A stretch of DNA of 64,000 nucleotides, from assembly GCA_001791995.1 (NCBI GenBank), contig MGFR01000001.1, positions 242,638 to 306,637 of the forward strand, in the 5' to 3' direction. The DNA is from Candidatus Woesebacteria bacterium RBG_13_46_13 (GTDB lineage Bacteria > Patescibacteriota > Microgenomatia > UBA8517). Position numbers and translations under genes: made by a program. Numbering within the stretch: position 1 is the first letter of the stretch; the number at the start of each line of letters is the position of its first letter. The notes beneath the pieces were generated by a model. The model had not been told where the DNA came from, searched no databases, and saw only the letters and a program-made list of their open reading frames with translations. This document shows, piece after piece, positions 1 through 10,115 of this stretch.

Positions 1-108
1 CGGGAAAGAACCCGGGTGTACATGAAGGCGGTGAAGGCAGGTAAAAGCGAGCATGAACTTTCCGATGATGAAAGAAAAGCCCTAGTAAAGGCTCAAAAAA
101 GCATATGA
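1..108 (+). CDS. 3' end of an upstream gene (partial), hypothetical
   Basis: Frame 1 open from the window edge (RERTRVYMKAVKAGKSEHELSDDERKALVKAQKSI*); TGA overlaps the ATG at 105 (ATGA coupling). Confidence 0.65.
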   Translation, partial: RERTRVYMKAVKAGKSEHELSDDERKALVKAQKSI

Positions 109-1316
109 AAGAAAACATATCCGCAAAGATTTCGAAACTTATCGCATCAAAGAAGTTTATGATGGTGGTCTCTTTCGTGGGGCTATATCTTTTGGCTACC
201 GGACTTTCTTTGGCAATATTCTCCTTCTTAAGAAAAGATACGGGGGTGACCTCGGGGGCGGTGGGTTCCACCCGCTCCAAGATCAACCTTGATTTACCCA
301 AAACAGAGGAATGTCCTATCAATGGATTAATGTTTACCAAGGCGGAGAAGGATATTTGGGAAGGCAGAAGGCCCATCACCGCTATGGTTGAAAACCACTC
401 GGACAGCCGTCCTCCATCAGGGCTTTCCAAGGCGGATGTTGTTTATGAGGCCGTGGCCGAAGGCGGCATCACCCGTTTCTTGAGCATCTTCTATTGTGGT
501 GCTGCAGCCGAGGATGTCAAGATTGCACCGGTTCGCTCAGCTAGGATTTATTTTGTCGACTTTGCGGCTGAATATGGGGTCAACCCGATATTTATGCATG
601 TGGGTGGAGCCAACGACTTTTCCGGTTCGGGTGATACTGCCAGGGACGTCAGGGCTCTTGAGACTCTTGAGTCTTTAGGCTGGAGAGTTCCGGGCGGAAA
701 CGATTTCGATACGACCTACGATTCCGGCTACCCGATTTTCTGGAGAAACTACGAAAGGTTGGATAAAACGGTGGCCACGGAGCATACAATGATGGCCTCA
801 CTCGATGCCGCTTATAAAGAGGCAGAAAAGCGCGGGTTTGGAGCCAAAGACGAGGACGGAGTGCGTTGGGACAAGAACTTTGTTTCCTGGAGATTCGCGG
901 ACGATAAGGCCCAGAGCCCCACAGCTAGCGATATCTCTTTCGGCTTCTGGGACAATAAACCCGACTACGATGTCGAGTGGAAATATGACGCTGCCGGAAA
1001 CAAATATCTAAGGTTCAACGGAGGAACGGAGCATACCGATCTTGAAACCAAGACCCAGCTCTCGGCGAAAAACGTAGTCATTCTTTTTGCCAAGGAAAGG
1101 GGACCTGTTGACAGAAACTTGCATATGTTCTATACAACAACCGGGACAGGAAAGGCTCTGATATTTCAAAACGGGGTAGCCATTGAAGGAACTTGGAAGA
1201 AGGAAGCCCGAACATCAAGGACCAAGTTTATGGACGAGAAAGGCAAAGAAATCTCTTTCGTACGCGGTCCTGTCTGGATAGAGATTGTTCCTGCCGGAAA
1301 TAGCGTCAATTACTAA
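105..1316 (+). CDS. DUF3048 (YerB-like) membrane-anchored protein
   Basis: N-terminal TM; motifs RPITAMVENH..SRPPSGLSKADVVYEAVAEGGITRF and APVRSAR; C-terminal GPVWIEIVP. Confidence 0.85.
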   Translation: MKENISAKISKLIASKKFMMVVSFVGLYLLATGLSLAIFSFLRKDTGVTSGAVGSTRSKINLDLPKTEECPINGLMFTKAEKDIWEGRRPITAMVENHSDSRPPSGLSKADVVYEAVAEGGITRFLSIFYCGAAAEDVKIAPVRSARIYFVDFAAEYGVNPIFMHVGGANDFSGSGDTARDVRALETLESLGWRVPGGNDFDTTYDSGYPIFWRNYERLDKTVATEHTMMASLDAAYKEAEKRGFGAKDEDGVRWDKNFVSWRFADDKAQSPTASDISFGFWDNKPDYDVEWKYDAAGNKYLRFNGGTEHTDLETKTQLSAKNVVILFAKERGPVDRNLHMFYTTTGTGKALIFQNGVAIEGTWKKEARTSRTKFMDEKGKEISFVRGPVWIEIVPAGNSVNY

Positions 1317-1347
1317 AAAACTCCTGCCCCCCAAAGAGATTACATAA

Positions 1348-1932
1348 ATGGCAGAACTTGGAGACATTATCACTTCTAAAGTAAGAATAAAAATTCTTGA
1401 ACTGTTCTTCTCCAACTTGGACGAAATGTATCACGTCAGGGGAATCGTCAGGGAGATCAAAGAGGAAATTAACGCAGTCAGGCGCGAGCTGGAAAGATTC
1501 GAAAATGCCGGAATCCTCAAAAAGGAACCCAGAGGCAACAGGGTTTATTATTGGGTCAGGCCAGATTACCCCCTGTTTGGAGATATCATCTCCATGGTTT
1601 CCAAATCAACGGGACTCGGTAAGTCGATAATCGAGAATCGAGGCAAAATCGGCAAAGTTATCTATGTCATGTTCTCCGGGAGACTTGTCAGGGGCAAGTC
1701 CAGGAAAAGGGAAGACGATGTGGACATTTTGGTTGTCGGGGATATTGTTTTGCCCGAATTGGCTTCCATAATCCGGGCTGAAGAATCCAAGCGCGGTAAA
1801 GAAATAAACTACACGGTGATGAGTAAAGAGGAGTTTGATTTCCGCAAGAAAAGAAGGGACCCGTTTCTTCTGGGGATCTTATCTGGTAGCCGCACCATGG
1901 TCATCGGGGACGAGGAGGAGTTGGTCAGTTAG
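1348..1932 (+). CDS. Winged-helix regulator fused to a minimal-nucleotidyltransferase-like domain
   Basis: N-terminal wHTH (YHVRGIVREIKEEINAVRRELERF); C-terminal FSG..DDVDILVVG..EINYTVMS. Confidence 0.7.
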   Translation: MAELGDIITSKVRIKILELFFSNLDEMYHVRGIVREIKEEINAVRRELERFENAGILKKEPRGNRVYYWVRPDYPLFGDIISMVSKSTGLGKSIIENRGKIGKVIYVMFSGRLVRGKSRKREDDVDILVVGDIVLPELASIIRAEESKRGKEINYTVMSKEEFDFRKKRRDPFLLGILSGSRTMVIGDEEELVS

Positions 1933-1934
1933 AC

Positions 1935-3275
1935 ATGCTTCGGCTTTCTTCTCCTGCCAAGAAAGTTACTCTGATATTTTTCCTCACACTCTTGGCTGGG
2001 TTTATCAGTTTGCCTCATGAGTTTTCTCTTTTCGGCAGGAAATTCACGCGCCCCAATATCAATATCCAATCCGACAGGTTTGACATTCAAAAGAATCTGG
2101 ACCTGGTGCTGGGCCTCGATTTAGCCGGAGGCAGCCATCTGGTGTTTGAAGCGGATTTGGGTAAAATTGCCGATGGGGAGAAGAAGGAAGCTTTAGACGC
2201 TGCAAGAAACATTATCGAGCAGCGAGTAAATATGTTTGGAACTAGTGAGGCTAATGTCCAAACATCGTCCTTTGAAGGTAAGGATAGAATTATCGTTGAA
2301 TTACCAGGAATAAGTGACCCCCGAACCGCATCGGAAATAATAGGCAAAACTGCTCAACTTGATTTTAGGGAGTTTATCAATCCACAAGACGCAACGATTG
2401 GCGCAACTTTGGCTAATACAATTTCGACTGGATTTACCGGAGCGGATTTTAAAAAGGCTTCCCCGGCGTTTGACCAAAATGCGGGGAGACCTGTTATTTC
2501 TTTTGAAACTAAACCTGATGCCGCAAAAAAGTTTGGTGAAATAACAACGAGGCTTGTTGGTAAACCGCTGGCAATATTTCTAGATGCATCTCCGATTTCT
2601 TGGCCGACGGTACAGGAACCAATAACACAAGGAACCGGTCAGATAACAGGGGGGTTTACAGTTGAAGAAACAAAATTTATTTCTAAACTTTTGAACGCAG
2701 GAGCGCTTCCCGTTCCGGTTACCTTAATTGAAGAAAGAACGGTTGGGGCCACCCTGGGAGCCGAATCAATTGCCCGCAGCGTCCGCGCGGGCCTGGTTGG
2801 CCTTTCCATGGTTCTCCTTTTTATGGTTTTGGAGTACGGAAAACTGGGACTGGTGGCGGATATTGGCCTGATTATTTTCGGAGTTTTAACCCTGGCTCTT
2901 TATAAACTAGTTCCGGTCGTGCTCACCCTTCCTGGAATTGCAGGATTTCTTTTGTCTGTAGGAATGGCTGTTGACAGCAACATCCTGATATTTGAGAGAT
3001 TCAAAGAAGAAAAGGTCAGACGGCCCGTGGCCGATGCTTTGGAAGTTTCCTTCGGCAGGGCCTGGGATTCGATCAGGGATGCCAATATCTCAACTTTGGT
3101 TACGGCCTTTGTTCTGGCCAATCCCCTTGATTGGCAATTTCTAAATACATCAGGCCCGGTCAGGGGATTTGCCATCACTCTGGCTTTAGGCATCGGCTTA
3201 AGCCTTTTTACGGGAATCGTTGTATCCCGCAATCTGTTAAGGGTCTTTATCAGAGAGGGTAAGGTAACTAAATAA
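1935..3275 (+). CDS. secD: Protein translocase subunit SecD
   Basis: LGLDLAGG, RIIVELPG, LNAGALPVP, GMAVDSNILIFER, GFAITL. Confidence 0.97.
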   Translation: MLRLSSPAKKVTLIFFLTLLAGFISLPHEFSLFGRKFTRPNINIQSDRFDIQKNLDLVLGLDLAGGSHLVFEADLGKIADGEKKEALDAARNIIEQRVNMFGTSEANVQTSSFEGKDRIIVELPGISDPRTASEIIGKTAQLDFREFINPQDATIGATLANTISTGFTGADFKKASPAFDQNAGRPVISFETKPDAAKKFGEITTRLVGKPLAIFLDASPISWPTVQEPITQGTGQITGGFTVEETKFISKLLNAGALPVPVTLIEERTVGATLGAESIARSVRAGLVGLSMVLLFMVLEYGKLGLVADIGLIIFGVLTLALYKLVPVVLTLPGIAGFLLSVGMAVDSNILIFERFKEEKVRRPVADALEVSFGRAWDSIRDANISTLVTAFVLANPLDWQFLNTSGPVRGFAITLALGIGLSLFTGIVVSRNLLRVFIREGKVTK

Positions 3276-3276
3276 T

Positions 3277-4143
3277 ATGAAGTGGATGAAATACAGACTG
3301 GTCTATTTTGCCATTTCGGCCCTGGTAATCGCAGTGGGAGTATTTAGCCTTCTTAAGTGGGGACTGGCCTTTGGGGTGGACTTTAAAGGTGGGGCGATTC
3401 TGGAATATAGATTTAACACAGACGTTTCGGAAGAGAAACTAACTTCGCTTATCGAAGGCACCAAGGCTCAGGTTGCCTCTGTCCAGAAAACCGGCAACGG
3501 TTCCTACATTATCAGGCTTTCGCCTATTTCTATTGAGCAAAAAGAGATAATCGGTGTGCTTCTGGAGAAGAACTTTGAGGCCCAGGAGCTTAGATTTGAA
3601 AACGTCGGTCCATCAATCGGTCCCGAGCTGGTCAAAAAAACACTTTACGCTCTCATCATTTCCGCCACGGCAATTCTGCTTTGGGTTGCCATCCAGTTTA
3701 AGAGCATCAAATTCGGAGCCAGTGCGGTTTTGGCCATGTTCCACGACAGCGTGGTGGTTATCGGAACCTATTCGTTCTTGGGACACTTTTTCGGAGCGGA
3801 GGTGGACTTTCTTTTTGTGACGGCACTTCTGACCATTCTTTCCTTTTCTGTACACGACACCATTGTCGTTTACGACCGAATTCGTGAGAGCCACAAAAAA
3901 CTGGGGGGCAGCGTCACCGAGTTGGCGGATAAGGCCATTTCCGAAACAATGGTCAGGTCTTTAAATAATTCATTTACCATAATCTTCATGCTGGTGGCGC
4001 TTCTCCTTTTGGGAGGGACGACCATCCGCTGGTTTGCGGCGACACTCCTTATCGGAACTGTTTCGGGAACTTACTCTTCGCCCTTTGTGGCGGTCCCGAT
4101 TCTGGTAACCTGGGAGGAGATACAGAAGAAGATTAAAGGCTAA
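3277..4143 (+). CDS. secF: Protein translocase subunit SecF
   Basis: GVDFKGG, VGPSIG, HDTIVVYDRIRE, GTYSS; directly after secD. Confidence 0.97.
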   Translation: MKWMKYRLVYFAISALVIAVGVFSLLKWGLAFGVDFKGGAILEYRFNTDVSEEKLTSLIEGTKAQVASVQKTGNGSYIIRLSPISIEQKEIIGVLLEKNFEAQELRFENVGPSIGPELVKKTLYALIISATAILLWVAIQFKSIKFGASAVLAMFHDSVVVIGTYSFLGHFFGAEVDFLFVTALLTILSFSVHDTIVVYDRIRESHKKLGGSVTELADKAISETMVRSLNNSFTIIFMLVALLLLGGTTIRWFAATLLIGTVSGTYSSPFVAVPILVTWEEIQKKIKG

Positions 4144-4148
4144 AGCTT

Positions 4149-5501
4149 TTATTTAATTCTTTTCAATTCTTTAACCAACACCTCTTTTTCGTTCGCCAAT
4201 TCTTTTTCGACAACTTTTTCAAAGAGGGCATTTAGTATTTCTCCAACCTTCGGTCCGGGGGCAAGATCAAGTGTCTTCATTACATCGTTTCCGTCTATTT
4301 TCAGATCCCGCACCGTAAAGGGTTGTTTTTGAACTTCGATTAGTCTTTTCTTGAATTCTTCCAACCTCCATGAGGTCTCCCTGGCGCCTCCGCCTAACCT
4401 GTCGGCAACTCTGAGGTAAAGCATGTCGGTAATGTTTTCCTTGCCCACGTTTTTGATAAAGCGTCTTATCGCCGAATCCGTCTGGCGCTCATCCACCGTA
4501 AACTGATGCCACCTGATAAGTGTTACGAATTTATCCGTTTCCTCATTGGAAAACCTCAATCTTTCGGCAATATTTCTGGCGATTTTGGTGGAGATTACCT
4601 CGTGGTTATAAAAGGTAATCACCCCGGTCGGAAGTTTTTTGTAGGTTGCGGGCTTGCCGATATCGTGGATTAGAGTGGCAAAGCGTACCAAAGGATCCGT
4701 TGACTTACAGGCCTTAAGGCTCATCAAAAGGTGGGTGCCCACATCGTAAAGATGGTGCCTGCCCGGAGATTTCTGCTCGACCCCGAAAGCCTTCTCCAGC
4801 TCCGGAAGGATCTCCTGCATCAGACCGGAATTTCTGAAGAGCAATATTCCCTCGTAAGGATTGGGTGAGGCCAGAAGTTTAAAAAGCTCTTCCTTGACCC
4901 GTTCCCTGGCGATTTTACCTATCAAAGCCGCATTCTTCTTTATCGCTTCAAGGGTTGCCTCCTCAATCGTAAAGCCCAACTCTGCGGCGATTCTTAAGGC
5001 TCGCATCATCCTTAAGGCATCTTCGGCAAATCTGACGTTGGCATCTCCCACGGCCCTGACCATCTTTTTGTCCAAATCTTTTTGTCCCCCGAAAAGGTCG
5101 ACTATTTCGTATTCGTGGTCTGCCTTAAGTTTCTCCAGGGCCATGGCGTTGATGGTGAAATCCCGTCTGGCCATGTCCTCTTTAAGCGTCTTGCCCCATT
5201 CGACCCTGTCTGGGCGGCGTGCGTCCGAGTAACCGAATTCTTTTCTGAAGGTGGTTATCTCATAGGGGTTGGTCGAGGAGGCGTCACTCACGCCTACGGT
5301 ACCGAACTCGTTGTCGTAAAATCCGTCGGGAAAAATCTTTAATATTTCCTCGGGGGTGGCACTGGTTGTGAAATCCCAGTCATCAACCGACCTGCCAGTC
5401 AATAAATCCCTGACTGCTCCTCCCACAACATATATTTCGTAGTTATTCTCCGAGAACTTTTTTAAAATTTCCTGTACGAATTCTGGGAGCTGAATTTTCA
5501 T
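4149..5501 (-). CDS. cca: CCA tRNA nucleotidyltransferase / poly(A) polymerase family with HD domain
   Basis: VGGAVRD, DWDFTT, RRDFTINAMA, EDALRMMRALR, HDIGKP. Confidence 0.9.
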   Translation of the reverse strand: MKIQLPEFVQEILKKFSENNYEIYVVGGAVRDLLTGRSVDDWDFTTSATPEEILKIFPDGFYDNEFGTVGVSDASSTNPYEITTFRKEFGYSDARRPDRVEWGKTLKEDMARRDFTINAMALEKLKADHEYEIVDLFGGQKDLDKKMVRAVGDANVRFAEDALRMMRALRIAAELGFTIEEATLEAIKKNAALIGKIARERVKEELFKLLASPNPYEGILLFRNSGLMQEILPELEKAFGVEQKSPGRHHLYDVGTHLLMSLKACKSTDPLVRFATLIHDIGKPATYKKLPTGVITFYNHEVISTKIARNIAERLRFSNEETDKFVTLIRWHQFTVDERQTDSAIRRFIKNVGKENITDMLYLRVADRLGGGARETSWRLEEFKKRLIEVQKQPFTVRDLKIDGNDVMKTLDLAPGPKVGEILNALFEKVVEKELANEKEVLVKELKRIK

Positions 5502-5549
5502 CGTAATCTAATTATACTTCAGTCATCGGAAAGAAATTAAGGCACAAAT

Positions 5550-7217
5550 ATGAATAATCTTGGATTTAGATGGGAAGTTTTGGAAAAGGCGAAAGTAAAA
5601 GATATTATTCCTACCCTCCTAAGGAATAGAGGTATCACCTCAAAAAAGGACAAAGAGGAATTCTTTAAACCTACTCCGGCGGAGAAGATCTCGGTCAAAG
5701 CGCTGGGTGTAAATCCCAAAGAAATCGCCAAGGCAATTACCAGAATAAAGCTGGCCAGAAAAACGCAGGAAAAAGTAATTGTCTACGGAGATTATGACGC
5801 TGACGGAATTTGCGGGACAGCGATTTTATGGGAAGCACTTTTTACCCGGGGGTTAAATGTCCTGCCCCATATTCCCGAAAGATTTACCGAAGGGTATGGG
5901 CTCAATGTCGAAAGCATCAAAAAACTAAAAAAGGAAGATGAGAATCTGGGCCTGATCATTACGGTAGATCATGGCATTGTGGCAAATACAAAAGTCGATC
6001 TTGCCCGGGAGCTGGGGATAGACGTCATTGTCACCGATCACCACGAGCCGGCAAAGCTTAAGCCTAAAACCTATGCTTTGGTACATACCACCAAAATTTC
6101 CGGTTCGGCCGTTGCTTGGGTATTGGCCAGGGAGATAGGCAAAAAGATTAAAAACGAAAAACCAAAACTCAAAGACCTAAGTTCTTTAGAATTGGCTGCA
6201 ATCGGGACTCTGGCGGATCAGCTGCCCCTGATTGGCCCCAACCGTTCCTTTGCCAAATACGGACTCGAAGCACTGAATAAAACTCAGAGGGTCGGGCTTT
6301 TAGCGCTTTTTAAGGAAGCGGCCATTGTTCCGGGAGAAATTGGTCCTTATGAGGTCGGCTTTATCATTGCCCCGAGAATTAATGCCACAGGGAGGCTGAC
6401 CCACGCGATTGATTCTTTGCGGATTCTTTGCACCAGGAGTGTATCAAGAGCGCAGGAGCTGGCGGAGCATTTGGGCAGAACCAATCTAGAAAGGCAAAGA
6501 ATAGTCCAGGAGGTGGTCGTTCATGCCCGGGAAAGGCTAAAAGGCGGAGTTGGGGAAAGTATTATTATCCTGGCCCACGAAAGCTACCACGAGGGAGTAA
6601 TCGGACTGGCCGCAGCCAAATTGGTTGAAGAATTCTATAGACCGGCAATCGTGCTGTCTAAAAAGGGCGAGATTTCAAAAGCCTCTGCCCGCTCAATATC
6701 GGGTTTTAATATCATTGCGGCAATAAGAAGCCTGAAGCGTCTTTATATCGAAGGGGGTGGACACCCGATGGCAGCGGGCTTTTCGATCAAGACGGTTAAG
6801 ATCCAAAAGTTTTCCAAAGAGATAAATAAACTTTCCAAGAAAGCTCTCACCCCGGAAATACTATCAAAGCGGATTAAAATCGATACCGAGGCCCACTTTA
6901 ATCAATTGAATCAGGCCCTTTATGATAAAATAAAAGCCTTCGAGCCTACTGGGCTTGGGAATCCTGCACCGGTATTTATTACAAGAGACGTCGAAGTCCT
7001 TGAAGCAAGGCGGGTAGGGAAAGAAGGATCTCATTTGAAATTACGTTTGGCAAAGGACGGAATTAATTTTGAAGCGATAGGTTTTGGACTAACCAAGCGC
7101 TTCACCGATTTGGGACAGGCTGAAAAAATGGACATCGTCTACTGCCTTGATGAAAACGTTTTTAACGGCAGAAAAAGCCTGCAGCTAAAGATAAAGGACA
7201 TCAGGAAAAATGCGTGA
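5550..7217 (+). CDS. recJ: Single-stranded-DNA-specific exonuclease RecJ
   Basis: GDYDADG, TVDHG, TDHH, PRINATGR, GGGHPMAAG. Confidence 0.96.
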   Translation: MNNLGFRWEVLEKAKVKDIIPTLLRNRGITSKKDKEEFFKPTPAEKISVKALGVNPKEIAKAITRIKLARKTQEKVIVYGDYDADGICGTAILWEALFTRGLNVLPHIPERFTEGYGLNVESIKKLKKEDENLGLIITVDHGIVANTKVDLARELGIDVIVTDHHEPAKLKPKTYALVHTTKISGSAVAWVLAREIGKKIKNEKPKLKDLSSLELAAIGTLADQLPLIGPNRSFAKYGLEALNKTQRVGLLALFKEAAIVPGEIGPYEVGFIIAPRINATGRLTHAIDSLRILCTRSVSRAQELAEHLGRTNLERQRIVQEVVVHARERLKGGVGESIIILAHESYHEGVIGLAAAKLVEEFYRPAIVLSKKGEISKASARSISGFNIIAAIRSLKRLYIEGGGHPMAAGFSIKTVKIQKFSKEINKLSKKALTPEILSKRIKIDTEAHFNQLNQALYDKIKAFEPTGLGNPAPVFITRDVEVLEARRVGKEGSHLKLRLAKDGINFEAIGFGLTKRFTDLGQAEKMDIVYCLDENVFNGRKSLQLKIKDIRKNA

Positions 7218-8712
7218 TTTAAAAAAGAAATTTAAAGATCTTAAGCAAAATATATTGGATTACAATCCGCAGGCTGATATTGGGCAGATTGAGAAAGCCT
7301 GGAATTTTGCGGTTCTGGCCCATACCGAGCAAAAGAGATTAAGCGGTGAGCCTTTCGTGTCTCACCCTTTGGAGGTTGCCCTCAGGCTCGCCAAATGGAA
7401 ACTCGATACAACCTCAATAATTGTGGGGCTACTTCATGACACAGTGGAGGATGGCGGAGCCAAAAGGGAAGATATCGTTGAAGGCTTTGGTGAGGATGTC
7501 GCAGCCCTTGTCGACGGGGTGACAAAGGTCACGGACTTAAGGCTTAAAGGCAGCCGCGAGAGGGAGTTTATCGAGAACTTGAGAAAGATGCTTCTGGTTA
7601 TGGCCAAAGACCTGCGGGTAATACTGGTTAAGCTTGCGGATAGGCTGCATAACATGGAGACCCTCTTTGCCCTTGCCCCGGAGAAACGAAAGATAAATGC
7701 GATAGAAACCTTAGAAATTTATGCCCCCTTGGCCGAAAGACTGGGAATGGGAGAGGTTAAGGGACAACTTGAAGATTTGGCCTTCCCTTATGTTTATCCG
7801 AGCCAGTATAAAAAATTACTGCGGCGCTCAAAACCCTTTTACAAAGAAGCGGAAGGCCATATCAATAAAATGAAAAAGGTTCTTCTCAAAAAGCTTCTGG
7901 AGGAAAATCTAAATGCAGAAATTCATGCCAGGAAAAAGCATTTATTTTCTCTCTGGAAAAAACTGGAGAGGTCGGAAGTCGGTTGGGATTTTGGTAAGGT
8001 TCACGATATTGTGGCGATAAGGATAATTGCCGGAACGGTTGCCCAATGCTATAGCGCTTTGGGTATCGTCCACGGCAACTACAAGCCCGTTCCCTATATC
8101 GGGGTTTCGGATTTTATCGCCCAACCCAAGCCCAACGGCTACCGTTCTATCCACACCAAAGTTTTCGGTCCGGAAGGAAGGATTGTTGAGGTCCAGATCA
8201 GAACCTTTCTGATGCATAAAGAGGCGGAGGAGGGAATCGCTGCCCACTGGGTCTACTCCGATGCCAAGGGAAAAGGAGCCAGCGACGCGATTTTGGAAAA
8301 AGGCGACGTTTTTGCCCCTTCCGAAAAGCTTTCCTGGGTACGCCAGCTTGTGGACTGGCAAAAAGAGATGACGGATTCGGATGAGTTTCTTAAGGCCGTA
8401 AAATTCGACGCTTTAAGACACCGGAATTTTGTTTTTTCTCCCCTGGGGGATGTTTACGATTTGCCGGCTGACTCCACCCCGGTGGATTTTGCCTATGCGG
8501 TCCATACCGATTTGGGCAGGTTCATTACGGGTGCAAAAGTGGACGGGAAAATCGTCCCCTTGGACTACAAACTTAAAAGCGGCCAAGTGGTTGAAATATT
8601 GAAATCCAAAAATCCCAGAACCCCTAATCCCCACTGGGCAGATTTCGTTGTCACAACCTTGGCCAGGCGCGAAATAAACAGGTATTTGAGAAAGACAGGC
8701 CCGACAGAGTAG
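7210..8712 (+). CDS. rel: RelA/SpoT family (p)ppGpp synthetase/hydrolase (HD-SYNTH-TGS)
   Basis: HDTVED, VKLADRLHNM, PKPNGYRSIHT, EVQIRT, TPVDFAYAVHT; ends shortly after TGS. Confidence 0.93.
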   Translation: MRDLKKKFKDLKQNILDYNPQADIGQIEKAWNFAVLAHTEQKRLSGEPFVSHPLEVALRLAKWKLDTTSIIVGLLHDTVEDGGAKREDIVEGFGEDVAALVDGVTKVTDLRLKGSREREFIENLRKMLLVMAKDLRVILVKLADRLHNMETLFALAPEKRKINAIETLEIYAPLAERLGMGEVKGQLEDLAFPYVYPSQYKKLLRRSKPFYKEAEGHINKMKKVLLKKLLEENLNAEIHARKKHLFSLWKKLERSEVGWDFGKVHDIVAIRIIAGTVAQCYSALGIVHGNYKPVPYIGVSDFIAQPKPNGYRSIHTKVFGPEGRIVEVQIRTFLMHKEAEEGIAAHWVYSDAKGKGASDAILEKGDVFAPSEKLSWVRQLVDWQKEMTDSDEFLKAVKFDALRHRNFVFSPLGDVYDLPADSTPVDFAYAVHTDLGRFITGAKVDGKIVPLDYKLKSGQVVEILKSKNPRTPNPHWADFVVTTLARREINRYLRKTGPTE

Positions 8713-8723
8713 AATTTATCAAG

Positions 8724-10115
8724 ATGCAAAGAACTTTGATTTCGGAAACAGCAAAAAAGACGGGAGAAAAAGTGGAACTTTTCGGTTGGATAGACAGCAT
8801 CCGCGACCACGGAAAAATTACCTTCATCGACTTAAGGGACGCAACCGGAATAGTTCAGTGTGTAGGGGAGGCTCTTGACAAGGTTTCGGTCGAAAGCGTG
8901 GTGTCCATTTCCGGTACTGTTGTTGAAAGACCCGAGAATTTAATCAATCCGAACCTCGAAACGGGAAAGTTCGAAATCAAGATTGAAAAGATGGAGATAG
9001 TCTCCAGAGCGGCGGAGCTTCCCATTCCGATTGGGGGAGACGGAGCAGACATCGACGAAGGATTGAGACTTAAATACCGTTATCTGGATTTAAGGCGCCC
9101 CAGAATGGCCAAGAATTTAAGGCTTCGTTCCAAGGTGACGACATTTATCAGAAATTGGTTGACCAAAAAAGATTTTGTGGAGATTGAAACTCCGATATTA
9201 ACCAAGACCACCCCCGAAGGGGCCAGAGATTTTATCGTGCCTTCAAGACTTCAACCTGGCAATTTCTACGCTCTGCCCCAGTCGCCGCAGCAATACAAAC
9301 AATTACTGATGGTTGCGGGCTTTGAGAAATATTTCCAGATTGCCCGCTGTTTTAGGGACGAAGACCCGAGAGCTGATAGGGCCTATGGCGAGTTTAGCCA
9401 ACTCGATTTGGAAATGTCCTTTGTCGAGCAAGAAGACATTCTGAGATTGACAGAAGATCTTTTTAGCGATTTGGTCGCCGAAGTTTTTCCCGAGAAAAAA
9501 ATCAGCTCAAGCCCTTGGCCCAGAATTTCCCACAAAGAAGCCAAAGAAAAATATGGCAGCGATAGGCCGGATTTGAGGAAAGATAAAAACGACAAAGACG
9601 AATTGGCGTTTGCCTGGATTGTGGATTTCCCGCTTTTTACGGAACAATCGAAAGAAGATTTCTATCACGGCTCCGGAGCATCCCGCTGGGCACCGTCACA
9701 TCATATGTTTACCGCTCCCCGTCCTGAAGACATCGCCCTTTTGGACAAAGACCCGGGGAAGGTGCGGGGACTTCAGCACGATTTGGTCTTAAACGGCTAT
9801 GAAGTGGGCGGCGGCAGCGTCAGGATTCACGATGCGGAGATCCAAAAGAAAGTTTTCGATTTGATTGGCTTTTCAGAAAAGCAAAAGGAAGAATTTGCCC
9901 ACATGCTGACGGCTTTTAAGTACGGTGTTCCGCCGCATGGGGGGATTGCTCCCGGCCTGGACAGGTTTTTGATGGTAGTTTTGGGAGAGTCCTCGGTCAG
10001 GGAAACAATTGCATATCCGATGACGGCCGGAGGAACAACCGCGGTCATGGATGCTCCTTCCGAGGCCACCCCAGACCAGCTAAAAGAATTGGGAATAACA
10101 GTACGGGGAAAATAA
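8724..10115 (+). CDS. aspS: Aspartate--tRNA ligase (probably non-discriminating, no GAD domain)
   Basis: RDHGKITFIDLRD, TPEGARDF, ALPQSPQQYKQLLM, CFRDED, PPHGGIAPGLDR. Confidence 0.96.
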   Translation: MQRTLISETAKKTGEKVELFGWIDSIRDHGKITFIDLRDATGIVQCVGEALDKVSVESVVSISGTVVERPENLINPNLETGKFEIKIEKMEIVSRAAELPIPIGGDGADIDEGLRLKYRYLDLRRPRMAKNLRLRSKVTTFIRNWLTKKDFVEIETPILTKTTPEGARDFIVPSRLQPGNFYALPQSPQQYKQLLMVAGFEKYFQIARCFRDEDPRADRAYGEFSQLDLEMSFVEQEDILRLTEDLFSDLVAEVFPEKKISSSPWPRISHKEAKEKYGSDRPDLRKDKNDKDELAFAWIVDFPLFTEQSKEDFYHGSGASRWAPSHHMFTAPRPEDIALLDKDPGKVRGLQHDLVLNGYEVGGGSVRIHDAEIQKKVFDLIGFSEKQKEEFAHMLTAFKYGVPPHGGIAPGLDRFLMVVLGESSVRETIAYPMTAGGTTAVMDAPSEATPDQLKELGITVRGK

